From positions 1-56,867 of the forward strand of contig JANOHV010000108.1 of NCBI GenBank assembly GCA_031406795.1: a DNA stretch of 56,867 nucleotides, in the 5' to 3' direction. The position numbers and the translations under genes are program-made. Shown here one piece after another: positions 37,071-46,751 of this stretch. This DNA is from Candidatus Rokuibacteriota bacterium. Its GTDB lineage: Bacteria > JAUVQV01 > DATDCY01. Position 1 is the first letter of the stretch; each line of letters begins with the position of its first letter. The notes under the pieces were generated by a model, which had not been told where the DNA came from, made no database searches, and saw only the letters and a program-made list of their open reading frames with translations.

Positions 37071-37259
37071 CTACAGGTCCTTCTTCACCTCGGACCGCTT
37101 CACCTTGACGTGCACGCCTGACGGCAGCAAGGCCCTTACGGTGCTTGCCGAGTGATACTCCTTCTCCATGCATTCCAGCTGAACGCCATTTTCAAGCAGG
37201 ATGTCCTTGCCGTCCACGGTCTGTGTCGTCCTGGTTTCACCGATGTACGTAATTTTCAT
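37071..37259 (-). CDS. small hypothetical protein (62 aa)
   Basis: AAGGAG SD, coding-like codon usage, beta-rich sequence. Confidence 0.7.
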   Translation of the reverse strand: MKITYIGETRTTQTVDGKDILLENGVQLECMEKEYHSASTVRALLPSGVHVKVKRSEVKKDL

Positions 37260-37304
37260 CCGCTTCTCCTTTGTTGGGGACCATCCCACCCAGACAGCTT
37301 GGTG

Positions 37305-39260
37305 CTATTCGATCTTCGGCTTCTCCTCCGGCAGTATGCCTTTCAGATGCGGAAATTTGTCGAACATATGGGGAAACTGCATCGATTCGCCGAACCGGTC
37401 GTTGAAGTCCTCCTCCAGCGCCAGTTCCACATACTCGACTTTGCGGGCGATGATATTGGCTTCCTTGCGCTCGTCGGTGCTGAGCAGGGCGATGCGGGCG
37501 CCGTCACCCGCGGCATTGCCGATATACTCGACCTTCTTGAGGTCGCAGTCGGGGAACATGCCGATCACCATGGCCGCCACCTTGTCGATGTGGCTCCCGA
37601 AGGCTCCGGCTATGGCCAGCCGGTCGAACTTCTTGATGCCGAGCTTGCGAAGCATGATCAGGCAACCGGAGTACAGAGCGCCCTTTGCGAGCTGAATCGC
37701 CCGGACGTCCTTCTGATTGACGACGATGTCCGCTTCGATTGCCGTCTCGTGCTTCCAGGCCAGAACGTATTCGCTCAGGCCCTTTTCGTTCTTCCTGATC
37801 CTCGGGGACTTCAGCTCGATGTCGATCTGCCCGTTCTTCTTCAGGATCCCCGCCAGGAACATGGCCGCGATCACGTCGATGATGGCCGAACCGCAGATGC
37901 CCTTGGCCTTCATGTTGACCTGGCCGTCGCTCCAGCGGTTGCTGCCGATGACCTTGTACTGCGGCTCGAGCGTCTTGGGGTCGATCTTCACGCGCTCGAT
38001 CGCCCCGGGGGCCGCGCGCATGCCGAATTCTATCTGCGCCCCCTCCAGTGCGGGTCCGGTTGCGCAGGAACAGGAGATGAGCTTGTCGCGGTTGCCCAGG
38101 ACCAGCTCGCCGTTCGTCCCGATGTCGATGAGCAGCGTCATTTCCTTGCGCTTGTGCGGCTTGTCCGCGATCAGGCACCCGACGTTGTCCGCCCCGACGA
38201 AGCCCGCTTCGATGGGCAGGACGTGGATGTTGCCGGCCGGCAGGATGTGAATGCCGAGCCGCTCCGCCTTGATGTCGACCGAGTGGTGCAGGGCCGGGGT
38301 GAACGGCGCCACGCCCATGTATTCGGGGTTGATGCCGAGCAGGATGTGGTGCATGGCGGTGTTGCAGACGAGGGTCATCTCGCTGATGTCATCCGTCGAG
38401 ATCCCGGCCTTGTGCGCGGCCTGCTTGGCGATCGTGTTGAGCCCCTCGACGATCGTGTCCTGGAGGTCCTTCAAGCCGGTCTCTTCGTTGAACATGCAGT
38501 AGGAAATCCGGGACATGACGTCTTCGCCGTAGCGAACCTGGGGGTTCATCATCGACTCGGTCACGATGACGTCGCCGGTGTTCAGGTCGGTCAGATAGCC
38601 GGCGACGGAGGTGGTGCCGATATCGACGGCCAGCCCGATATTGGTCTCGATCTTCCCGGGTTCGACCCGGATGATGTCCGCATTGTTCCAGACGGTGACC
38701 GTGACCTTCCAGTCGCTTTTTCTCAACACGTCGGGAAGCTTCTGGAGGGCCCGGTAGTCGATGGTCAACTTCTTCATTTTCGGGTTGTTTTCGTACAACA
38801 CCTTCTCGACGCGCTCGAAATCCCCGAGCGGGTCGTCGAGGTTGGGTTCGGGCAGCTCCACGTAATACTTCCGGACGGCGGGTTTCAGCTTGACCACGAT
38901 CTTGCCGGCGGCCTTGCTGACGACCTGTTTGCCGGTCCGGCTGGCCTCGGGGACGAAGACGAGCACGTCGCCCAGGATCTTCGTGCAGCAGGCCAGGCGG
39001 ACGTGCTCCTCGGCATCCTTGCGTTCCAGAACCTTGATCTCCTTCTCGTCGAGGCTGCTCAGATGCCCCATCGAGGAGGTGATGTCTTCCTTCTGGAACT
39101 TGCCTTCCATGATCTTGACCCGGCACTTGCCGCAGACGATCAGCTCGCCGCAGACCGCTTCGATGTCGACGCCCAATCTCCGGGCGGCGTCGAGGATCGT
39201 GGTCCCTTCCGGCACCAGCCCGCGCCTGCCGGATGGTTGAAATATGATGGTATGCTCCAT
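37305..39260 (-). CDS. RACo/ASKHA corrinoid reductive activator 2
   Basis: same motif set as activator 1 (CG....CGKC, VDIGTT, DIGTNGE, CATGPALEG, GICGS). Confidence 0.92.
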   Translation of the reverse strand: MEHTIIFQPSGRRGLVPEGTTILDAARRLGVDIEAVCGELIVCGKCRVKIMEGKFQKEDITSSMGHLSSLDEKEIKVLERKDAEEHVRLACCTKILGDVLVFVPEASRTGKQVVSKAAGKIVVKLKPAVRKYYVELPEPNLDDPLGDFERVEKVLYENNPKMKKLTIDYRALQKLPDVLRKSDWKVTVTVWNNADIIRVEPGKIETNIGLAVDIGTTSVAGYLTDLNTGDVIVTESMMNPQVRYGEDVMSRISYCMFNEETGLKDLQDTIVEGLNTIAKQAAHKAGISTDDISEMTLVCNTAMHHILLGINPEYMGVAPFTPALHHSVDIKAERLGIHILPAGNIHVLPIEAGFVGADNVGCLIADKPHKRKEMTLLIDIGTNGELVLGNRDKLISCSCATGPALEGAQIEFGMRAAPGAIERVKIDPKTLEPQYKVIGSNRWSDGQVNMKAKGICGSAIIDVIAAMFLAGILKKNGQIDIELKSPRIRKNEKGLSEYVLAWKHETAIEADIVVNQKDVRAIQLAKGALYSGCLIMLRKLGIKKFDRLAIAGAFGSHIDKVAAMVIGMFPDCDLKKVEYIGNAAGDGARIALLSTDERKEANIIARKVEYVELALEEDFNDRFGESMQFPHMFDKFPHLKGILPEEKPKIE

Positions 39261-39373
39261 GTCTGTTGCTTACTCCTTAGCTGTGCGACAACCTGTCAAG
39301 TTCCTGGCGGCCCGTCTTCCTGCGCCCGTGCCCCCGGAAGGGGGGCCAGGGCGCGGAAGAACCGGATCGCGAC

Positions 39374-40045
39374 CTAGGAGGCCATCTTCCCTTTCCGCAG
39401 CGCATCGAGCATCTTCATGGCCTCCTTGAGCGCATTGGGGGCATTGTCGGCGGTCGTGTCCGCACCGTACTCTTCGACCGTCTTCTCGGTGATCGGCGCG
39501 CCGCCGATCATGATCTTCACCTTCGGGTTCTTCTCCTTGATCATCGGGATGAGCTTCTTGATGCCGACCATGGAGGTCGTCATCATCGCGGAGAGCATCA
39601 CGATGTCGGAGTCGGTCTTGAGCTGCTCTTCCACGAACCGCTTCAGCGGCACATCCCGGCCGAGGTCATGGACCGTCCAGCCCGAGGCCTCGAAGATGGC
39701 CTTGATGATGTTCTTGCCGAGGTCATGCACGTCCCCCTGCATGACGCCGAGCACGACCTGCCCCCGTACTTCGCCGGCCTGCAACTTGATATGAGGCTTC
39801 AACACGTCGAGCGCCGCGTAGAGCGCCTTGGCGCAAAGCAGGGTCTCCGGGACGAAATACTCGTGACTGTCGAACTTCTGGCTGACGACCTCCATGCCCC
39901 CCGCCAGGCCTTCCATGGTGACGGTGTACGCGTCGGCGCCGGCGGCCACCGCTTCTTCGGCGATCTTCTTGGCGTCGGCGACCTTGTAATTGATGATCGC
40001 ATCCTGAAGCCGCTTGATCAGTTCCTTCTCTTTCTCAGTTGCCAT
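39374..40045 (-). CDS. methyltransferase cognate corrinoid protein 2
   Basis: EYFVPE, GDVHDLGKN, SAMMTTS, IGGAP. Confidence 0.93.
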   Translation of the reverse strand: MATEKEKELIKRLQDAIINYKVADAKKIAEEAVAAGADAYTVTMEGLAGGMEVVSQKFDSHEYFVPETLLCAKALYAALDVLKPHIKLQAGEVRGQVVLGVMQGDVHDLGKNIIKAIFEASGWTVHDLGRDVPLKRFVEEQLKTDSDIVMLSAMMTTSMVGIKKLIPMIKEKNPKVKIMIGGAPITEKTVEEYGADTTADNAPNALKEAMKMLDALRKGKMAS

Positions 40046-40071
40046 GCCATTTCTCCTTTGCGCGCAAGTCG

Positions 40072-41133
40072 TTATTTCTTGTAGACGCCGTACTTCTTGC
40101 CCGCTTCGACAATCCTGCGGGCGTTGAGAAGGGGGGCGTTCGGCGGAAATTCGCAGCCCGTGGAGAGGATCAGGCCGCCACCCTTGGCGAAGATCTCGAT
40201 CTCCGCCTTGCACTCCTCCTCGATCTCGTCAGGGGTGCCGAGCATGGCAACCGGGGCGGGCGGGATCCAGCCGATCGTGGCGATCTTGCCGCCCCACTTC
40301 GCCTTATGTTCCTCCCAACTGTCAACGTCGTCCGCCACATAGGCGTGGGAGATTGCATGGGGGTTCGCCCACTTCTGCGACACGTCGAAGTAGATGCCGT
40401 TGCCGCAGTTGTGCAGCACGACCAGGCAGCCCTTGGCACGGATCGAATCGCAGAGCCGCTTGATCGACGGTCCTTCGAACTTTTCCCACATCTCCTTGCC
40501 GAGAATGCTCTGCGAGCAGTAGAGATGGTCGTAGCACACGGCGTGGGCGCCGGCTTCCGCCTGCGCCATGGCATAATCGAGCAGCGTCTCGTCCATCGCC
40601 TGGAGAGCCGGAAGCACGGCCTCCGGATTTTCGATCAGGTCCATGAAGAACTTGTCGGGACCCCGCATCATGCTCATGACGCCGAGCGAGCCGTAGACGA
40701 ACCCGACGATGGCGTGGGTCGTGCCGACCTCCTTGGAGATGCCGGCAATCATGTCGATGACGCTCTTCATCCGCTTGGTCTTGCGCGGGTTGATTCTCTT
40801 GATCTTCTTGTAGTCGTCAATGGTCTTGATATAGGGATTGTCGTAATTCGGGTGAGCGGTGTTCATCTCCGGGAAAAAGACTTCCTGGCCGAAGTCGGCG
40901 GCCTCGACCGAGAGATCCACCAGCGCGACGACGCCGTCGTGGCCGAGCAGCTTCAGCGCGTCGACGTGGCCGCGTACCATGTCGTTGACGTAATCGCCGG
41001 AAGACCACTCGCCGTAACTGATCCCCGCCACGCGGTGCGTTGCCCCGCAGACCAGCGGTGCCACCGGAACGCGGTCGCCTTCCTGGAACTGACAAGCCGT
41101 CGCAACTCTTTGCAGTCCGTTCATCTCATCCAT
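40072..41133 (-). CDS. UroD-fold corrinoid methyltransferase
   Basis: DRVPV, DLSVEAADFG, HNCG, STGCE. Confidence 0.88.
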   Translation of the reverse strand: MDEMNGLQRVATACQFQEGDRVPVAPLVCGATHRVAGISYGEWSSGDYVNDMVRGHVDALKLLGHDGVVALVDLSVEAADFGQEVFFPEMNTAHPNYDNPYIKTIDDYKKIKRINPRKTKRMKSVIDMIAGISKEVGTTHAIVGFVYGSLGVMSMMRGPDKFFMDLIENPEAVLPALQAMDETLLDYAMAQAEAGAHAVCYDHLYCSQSILGKEMWEKFEGPSIKRLCDSIRAKGCLVVLHNCGNGIYFDVSQKWANPHAISHAYVADDVDSWEEHKAKWGGKIATIGWIPPAPVAMLGTPDEIEEECKAEIEIFAKGGGLILSTGCEFPPNAPLLNARRIVEAGKKYGVYKK

Positions 41134-41185
41134 TTTCGAGCCTCCTTGTTGTGACTCCTCGCTACCGCACGGAGCGATCCGTCCT

Positions 41186-41860
41186 CTACTGGATCAACAG
41201 CAGGCCTGACCAGACAATCTCCGTCTTCGGCGGCATATCGAACGGCAAACCAGCATTCACGCAGGTCTGCAGAACGTCGATGCCGACGCCTTCCATCGAC
41301 GGTCTGGCTTCGAACGGTCGCCGACACCCTTCCTTGGCGCCGGGCCCAACACAGGTCGGACAGAGCATGCATTCGCCGCCGATGAGCCCGAGGGCAAACG
41401 GGAACCCGATCGACATGGCCTTGCTCTCAACTTCGTTCACGAGTTTGTGCAGCCGAACCGCAGCGATCTTCACATTACTGAAATCGGCTTGCGCACCTTC
41501 ACCCCCCTTCGCGTCCAACGACTTTGACGGGTTTATGAAAAACTTCTGTACCTCTTCCTTGTCGTACGTGTCGATCTCCCCACTGAGCGCGCTGCGCGTC
41601 TGGACCAGCAGCGCGGTCCGGTAGTTTCCGACCACTCTCCGGAACTCCTCGACGGTCGGCACGTGGGGCGGACAGGTGAGCGTCCGCCCGTAGTGCGGGC
41701 AGAGCGGTATCTGACATTTCATGCGCACCCGCTCGTCGATGGCCACGTCCGTCGCGGGAAAAAGCCGGGCGCGATAGGCGCCCTTCTCGCAGGCGAAGGC
41801 CTCGAGCTGTGCCAGCCGCTCCCGGCAGTCGGCGGTGTGCGCTTCGGCGGGCGTCTTCAT
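41186..41860 (-). CDS. DUF2284-like metal-binding protein
   Basis: RMKC...CPHYG..LTCPP, GGECMLCPTC, C..P..ARPSMEGVGID. Confidence 0.85.
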   Translation of the reverse strand: MKTPAEAHTADCRERLAQLEAFACEKGAYRARLFPATDVAIDERVRMKCQIPLCPHYGRTLTCPPHVPTVEEFRRVVGNYRTALLVQTRSALSGEIDTYDKEEVQKFFINPSKSLDAKGGEGAQADFSNVKIAAVRLHKLVNEVESKAMSIGFPFALGLIGGECMLCPTCVGPGAKEGCRRPFEARPSMEGVGIDVLQTCVNAGLPFDMPPKTEIVWSGLLLIQ

Positions 41861-41870
41861 GACCGCCTCC

Positions 41871-42116
41871 TCATGCCCCCGCTTTTTTACCGCCGAAGAC
41901 GAAGACCTTCGGCTTGTGCTCGATCGCGTTGATCATGTTCTGCTCCAGCATGACCCGTTTCACCTTCCAGCAGACCGGACACATGTACCGGGATTTCAAC
42001 CCGCGATCCGGCCCGGTGTACCGCAACTCCATGTGATCCTTGCAGACCTTGGAGCCGCAATCCGGGCAGATGAAGACCGCCGCGCCGCCACACTGAAAAC
42101 ATCGTTCCATGGCCAT
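41871..42116 (-). CDS. small Zn-finger-like protein (about 80 aa)
   Basis: CxxC..CxxC..CxxH..CxxC; GGAAAGGA SD. Confidence 0.75.
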   Translation of the reverse strand: MAMERCFQCGGAAVFICPDCGSKVCKDHMELRYTGPDRGLKSRYMCPVCWKVKRVMLEQNMINAIEHKPKVFVFGGKKAGA

Positions 42117-42123
42117 TCCTTTC

Positions 42124-44823
42124 CTAGGTGGTGAGTCGCTTGTAGATCAGCGGCAACCGCGCCGGCAGCGTCTCGATGTTGTCGATCAGCGTGTAATTGG
42201 ACTCGCCGTACATGTACGGCAGATAGTCGCGACTCTTCTTGTCGACCGTGATGCAAAAGGAATTCACCCCTTTGCGGCGGCCTTCCCACAAGGCCCGCCG
42301 GGTGTCCTCAACGGCGTAATCGGAGTCGCCGTAATCGATGTCGTACGGCCGGCCGTCGGAGAGCAGAATCAGCAGCCGGATGCGGGTCGGCCGCCGGGCG
42401 AGCACCCGGTTGGCATGCCGGATCGCCGCGCCGAGACGCGTCTGGGCGATCGGCCGGATGCTGTCGAACCGCGCTTTCGCCGGATTCCCGAAAGGCTCGT
42501 CAAAATCGCGGACGACGAAGAAATCCACCTTGTCGCGGTAGTTCGAGGAAAATCCGTAGACCGCCCACTGATCACCGATGCTCTCCAGGGCCTCGGCCAT
42601 CAGCACCATGCCTTCGCGTTCGATGTCGACGATCCGCTTGCCCGACGGGAGTTCGTCGCCGGTGGAGTAGCTCATGTCCAGCAGGAACGCCACCGAAACG
42701 TCGCGGAGGTTCTTCTCCCGCCTGATGTACACGCGGTCGGAGGGCGTGATACCCGCGTGATGTTCGACCACGGCCTCGATGACGGCGTTCAAATCGATGT
42801 CGTCCCCCCGCTCTTCCCTGAAGATGCGCTTGATGCGGTCGGGACGCAAGAGGCTGAAGTGCCGTCTGAGCTGACTGACCAGCCCGTAATTGTCGGCGAT
42901 GGTCTTTTGATAGAAGGCGGGCGAGGTCTCGGGCATGTCCATTTCCCGCACCCGGCACCAGTCTTTGCGGTAATCGTCGATCTTCAGGTCCCACTCGTCA
43001 TAGTAGACCGCTCGTCGACAGCGCTTTTCCGCATCCATCTCCGCCACGATATTCTGGAGCTGCTCGAAGAGTTCCGCCAGACGCTCGCCGTCCTCGATCT
43101 GCCAGAACAGTTCCTCGGAGTCGATGATCTCCGCCTCTTCGAGCTGTCGCAACCCGGCTTCCACCGTCTCCCGGGGCACTTCGGTCTTCTTCTCGCCGAA
43201 ACGCTCGATCATGTCCAGGACGAGTCTCGCCATGCCGGAACGGGTGCCGTCGACGAGGTCGTAGTCGATGATGCCCCGGTAAAAGAGCCGGTCCATCGCT
43301 TCGCGGCTCTCGCAAAGCTCGCAGGTGGACTCGCCCTCCAGCGACGCGCAAAGGCCGACGGTCAGATCGAGCACGTTCCTGACGGTGCACTCCGGCCGCA
43401 GCACCTGCGCCAGGGCCTCCTTCAGCAGCGGAGCGACCCGGCACCTCGCGGCCCCGGCGTCCGCGACCGCGGCGGTGTTCCGGAAGCTGAGGGACTCCAG
43501 CAGCGAGTGGTTGACCTCCCCCGTGGCCTGCGCCTGGGCGAGGAAGGCTTCCATGATGGTTTGCCGATCCTTCTCGAGGCCCGGGTAAGCCAGTCCGACG
43601 AGGAAGTCGACGCGTTCGTCCTCGAGGAACTCGAAGATCTTGTACGCCTGATTCGGATTGCTCAGACCGGACAGGCACGCCAGATCCTCTTTCCCGACGA
43701 TGAATGTGCCGTGGAGCAGGTGGCCCAGTTCGTGCGTCAGTATCCATTTGTAGGTCATGAAGTTGAGCTCTTCATCCCGAAAGGCCTCGATGCGGGACGG
43801 CAGGAAAATCCGTTCGCCGTCGGTGACGGAGAAGAACCGGCTCAGTCCCGGGAGATTCTTGTAGAAGATCGAGGATGAGCGCAGCAGCGGCTTCTTTCCC
43901 ACCAGCGCTTCGGCGTAGGCGCGAAGCACGCTATGGATGTCCTTCAGCTCCAGGCCCTTCACGAGTCCTTCGACGGCGGTTCTGCTGGAACTGGTCTGCA
44001 GCGAGAAAAACGCCGCGCCCCGGTCCTTGTGCGCATCCACCGTTTCCAGCCCCTTTTCCACCCACGCCTCGAGGTCGTTCATCGAAAGCCGGGCGAGAAT
44101 CTGGGGGGCGGACTTGAAATACTGCAGCGCCAGATCGATCTTCTTCGATTTGCCCGCGGCGGCCCCGGTCGCAAGCATGCTGTGCGCGTTGTGCCCCGCC
44201 TTGATCCTCGGGCTTTTCTCGAGCAGATGGATCCCCAGCCGCGCCCAGCGTTCGAGATCCCGCGCGTCGATCTTTCTGAAGACCTCGGGGCTGGACTTGA
44301 AGTATTCCTTGCCCGTCTTCCAGGACAGCCTGGCAATCTCCTCGCCGAACGCGGCCCAGTCGGCAAACCGCTCGGCGCCGATCGCCTGGATGACCGGAAT
44401 GCTCCCCTCGAGATATTGAAGCGCGACGTCCTTGTCGACATCGGCCAGGGCGTCTGCGGTTCTGAGCCACTCCGGGGCCAGGCCGGGGTACGCCGCAAGC
44501 AGGGGCAGTTTCGGGTACGCCGCCGCGACGACGCTCCATTTCGAGCGGCCCATCCTCAGCAGCAGACCGAGAATATCGCCGCGCTCTTCCCGGTTTCGCA
44601 GCGGCGCCAGCGTGGCACTGCCGGATTTCAACAGCAGCAGCGCCAGCGAGCGATCGAGGGAACTGAAGGAGTCCACCAGGAGCAGAAAACTCCTCGTCCC
44701 TTCCTCATCCAGAAGGGCGTCGAGGCCGCAGACCGACTCCGCAAGAAGATCGGCGCGGCCGAGCCTTCCGGCAACCGCCGTCGCCAGCTCCTGAACGGTC
44801 TGTCTTTGAGAAAGCACCGCCAT
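42124..44823 (-). CDS. NorD/CbbO-like VWA-domain protein (899 aa)
   Basis: YDEWD..DYR..W, GDDIDL, MIDAS LLDMSYST, TRLGAAIRHA, LSDGRPYD. Confidence 0.9.
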   Translation of the reverse strand: MAVLSQRQTVQELATAVAGRLGRADLLAESVCGLDALLDEEGTRSFLLLVDSFSSLDRSLALLLLKSGSATLAPLRNREERGDILGLLLRMGRSKWSVVAAAYPKLPLLAAYPGLAPEWLRTADALADVDKDVALQYLEGSIPVIQAIGAERFADWAAFGEEIARLSWKTGKEYFKSSPEVFRKIDARDLERWARLGIHLLEKSPRIKAGHNAHSMLATGAAAGKSKKIDLALQYFKSAPQILARLSMNDLEAWVEKGLETVDAHKDRGAAFFSLQTSSSRTAVEGLVKGLELKDIHSVLRAYAEALVGKKPLLRSSSIFYKNLPGLSRFFSVTDGERIFLPSRIEAFRDEELNFMTYKWILTHELGHLLHGTFIVGKEDLACLSGLSNPNQAYKIFEFLEDERVDFLVGLAYPGLEKDRQTIMEAFLAQAQATGEVNHSLLESLSFRNTAAVADAGAARCRVAPLLKEALAQVLRPECTVRNVLDLTVGLCASLEGESTCELCESREAMDRLFYRGIIDYDLVDGTRSGMARLVLDMIERFGEKKTEVPRETVEAGLRQLEEAEIIDSEELFWQIEDGERLAELFEQLQNIVAEMDAEKRCRRAVYYDEWDLKIDDYRKDWCRVREMDMPETSPAFYQKTIADNYGLVSQLRRHFSLLRPDRIKRIFREERGDDIDLNAVIEAVVEHHAGITPSDRVYIRREKNLRDVSVAFLLDMSYSTGDELPSGKRIVDIEREGMVLMAEALESIGDQWAVYGFSSNYRDKVDFFVVRDFDEPFGNPAKARFDSIRPIAQTRLGAAIRHANRVLARRPTRIRLLILLSDGRPYDIDYGDSDYAVEDTRRALWEGRRKGVNSFCITVDKKSRDYLPYMYGESNYTLIDNIETLPARLPLIYKRLTT

Positions 44824-45653
44824 CAGTGCACCGCGGCGACGATTTCCTTCAGGATCTTCTGGATCTCGAGATCATCCGTGATGGGCTTGATCAGCGCGAC
44901 TTCACAAGCCCTTCGCGGCGCGACACCCTGCTTGATCAGCACGCCGGCATAGATCAGCAGCCTCGTGCTCACGCCTTCGTCGAGGCCGCGGTCCTTGAGT
45001 CCCCTGAACTTCTCCGCGATCTTCCTCAGGTCAGCTGCGGACGTGCGGTCCACGCCGCTCTCGTGAACGATGATCTCCTCCTCGAGGCTCGCGGAGGGAT
45101 AGTCGAAGTCCAGCGTGATGAAGCGCTGCTTGGTGCTCTGCTTGAGGTCCTTGAGCACGGTCTGATACCCGGGATTGTAGGAAATGACGATCATGAACGA
45201 GTCCGAGGCCTCGAGGATCTGGCCGCGCTTTTCCAGGGGCAGGACCCGCCGGTCGTCGGTCAGGGGGTGGATGACGACCGTCGTGTCCTTTCTCGCCTCC
45301 ACAACCTCGTCGAGGTAGCAGATGCCGCCGTGCCGGACGGCCAGACTCAACGGTCCGTCCTGCCAGCGGGTACTCCCGCCGTCGAGGAGATAGCGGCCGA
45401 CCAGGTCGCTGGCGGTGAGGTCCTCGTGACAGGCGATGGTAATGAGCGGCAGGCCGGTCTTGTGCGCCATGTAGGAGAGGAATCTTGTCTTGCCGCACCC
45501 GGTCGGCCCCTTGAGCATGAGCGGCAGCTTGTTTTCGAACGCGAGCTGGAAGAGTTCCACTTCATCCTGGATCGGCAGATAGAAAGGCTCCTGCTCGATG
45601 CGGTAGTCCTGCATGTTGGCTTCGTGTGCAGGTTTCGTCTTCGTCTGTTTCAT
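44823..45653 (-). CDS. CbbQ/NirQ/NorQ-family MoxR AAA+ ATPase
   Basis: [49 protein letters not shown]. Confidence 0.95.
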   Translation of the reverse strand: MKQTKTKPAHEANMQDYRIEQEPFYLPIQDEVELFQLAFENKLPLMLKGPTGCGKTRFLSYMAHKTGLPLITIACHEDLTASDLVGRYLLDGGSTRWQDGPLSLAVRHGGICYLDEVVEARKDTTVVIHPLTDDRRVLPLEKRGQILEASDSFMIVISYNPGYQTVLKDLKQSTKQRFITLDFDYPSASLEEEIIVHESGVDRTSAADLRKIAEKFRGLKDRGLDEGVSTRLLIYAGVLIKQGVAPRRACEVALIKPITDDLEIQKILKEIVAAVH

Positions 45654-45688
45654 GGTGTCCTCTGCTTCCCCTTCTTTCCCGAACCCGG

Positions 45689-46108
45689 TCAGTTCGTCCC
45701 GGAAGTTCTCACGAGACCGAACCGTTTGACCGTGGCGGCGACGGCCGTTTCCGTCGCTTCCTCGACAGCCGCGGCGGTCAGTCCGTAGATGACGGCATTC
45801 ACCACGAGGCTGAAGCCTGAGGCGGGCTCTCCGTCGCGTCCTTCAACCTTGACGTCGTTCGAATCGCCGACCGTGTCGGCGTGTAGAAACCCTGACGCGT
45901 GTTCAAGAAAGGCTTTGACGTGGCTCACGTCCTTCGCCCCGGCAGCGATGCTCGCCGAGGCGATCGCCGTCATCAGGGCCGCGGCGAACCGTCTCAGGTC
46001 GGCTGCGCCGACGGGTACCGCGGCCGTCACCCAACAGCGCAGCCCATGGCTGTTGATGCCGTCGTGGACGGGGTTCCCAATGCTGGTGTTGCCGCCAACC
46101 CCGGTCAC
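45689..46108 (-). CDS. hypothetical protein, probable partner of the CobW-like GTPase
   Basis: ATGA overlap with the GTPase; SHVKAF and VVNAVIY motifs. Confidence 0.7.
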   Translation of the reverse strand: MTGVGGNTSIGNPVHDGINSHGLRCWVTAAVPVGAADLRRFAAALMTAIASASIAAGAKDVSHVKAFLEHASGFLHADTVGDSNDVKVEGRDGEPASGFSLVVNAVIYGLTAAAVEEATETAVAATVKRFGLVRTSGTN

Positions 46109-46722
46109 GCCGTCACCGTCACTTCCCGGATGCGGTCCGCCAGCAGAGCCAGCCCTTCACCCGTCACGGTCGAAAGACGCACGATCAGCGCCGTCTGATT
46201 CATTTCGCGGACGGCTTTTTCCGCGTGAGCCGCGGCCTCGGCCGAGGCGACGTCGATCTTGCTCAACGCGACGATGTCCGCATCCCTGATCTGGGTCCGG
46301 ACCAGGCGCTTCAGGGTGTCGTACGTGAGGAGCTTGTCCGCGCGCGTGGTATCGAAGAGCACGATCGTCGGGCCCAGCACCGCGCCGGTTGTTTTCGCGT
46401 TCAACAAGACCGTCTGGCGTATCGAATCAGGCACGGCGATGCCCGTCGGCTCGATGATGATCAGATCCGGCTTTGGTCCCCTGGCAAGCGTCTCAAGCGT
46501 CTTGAGCATGGTCCCTGCCACCTGGCAGCAGATGCAGCCGCCGCCGATGTCCTTGACCGTCAGGCCGTATTTCTCGATCACCCTGCCGTCGACCGGGACC
46601 GCGCCGATATCATTGACGAGGATCGCGACCTTCATGCCGGCCTCGGCCACCCTCATGCTCAGCGCGATGACGAGGGTGGTTTTGCCGGAGCCGAGATAAC
46701 CGGCGATCAGCACGATCTTCAT
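46105..46722 (-). CDS. CobW/COG0523-type G3E metallochaperone GTPase (G-domain only)
   Basis: GYLGSGKTT, VNDIG, GGGCICC, IEPTG, SKID. Confidence 0.9.
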   Translation of the reverse strand: MKIVLIAGYLGSGKTTLVIALSMRVAEAGMKVAILVNDIGAVPVDGRVIEKYGLTVKDIGGGCICCQVAGTMLKTLETLARGPKPDLIIIEPTGIAVPDSIRQTVLLNAKTTGAVLGPTIVLFDTTRADKLLTYDTLKRLVRTQIRDADIVALSKIDVASAEAAAHAEKAVREMNQTALIVRLSTVTGEGLALLADRIREVTVTA

Positions 46723-46751
46723 GGTGTCGGCCGTCCTCTTCGCCTGGCGCC

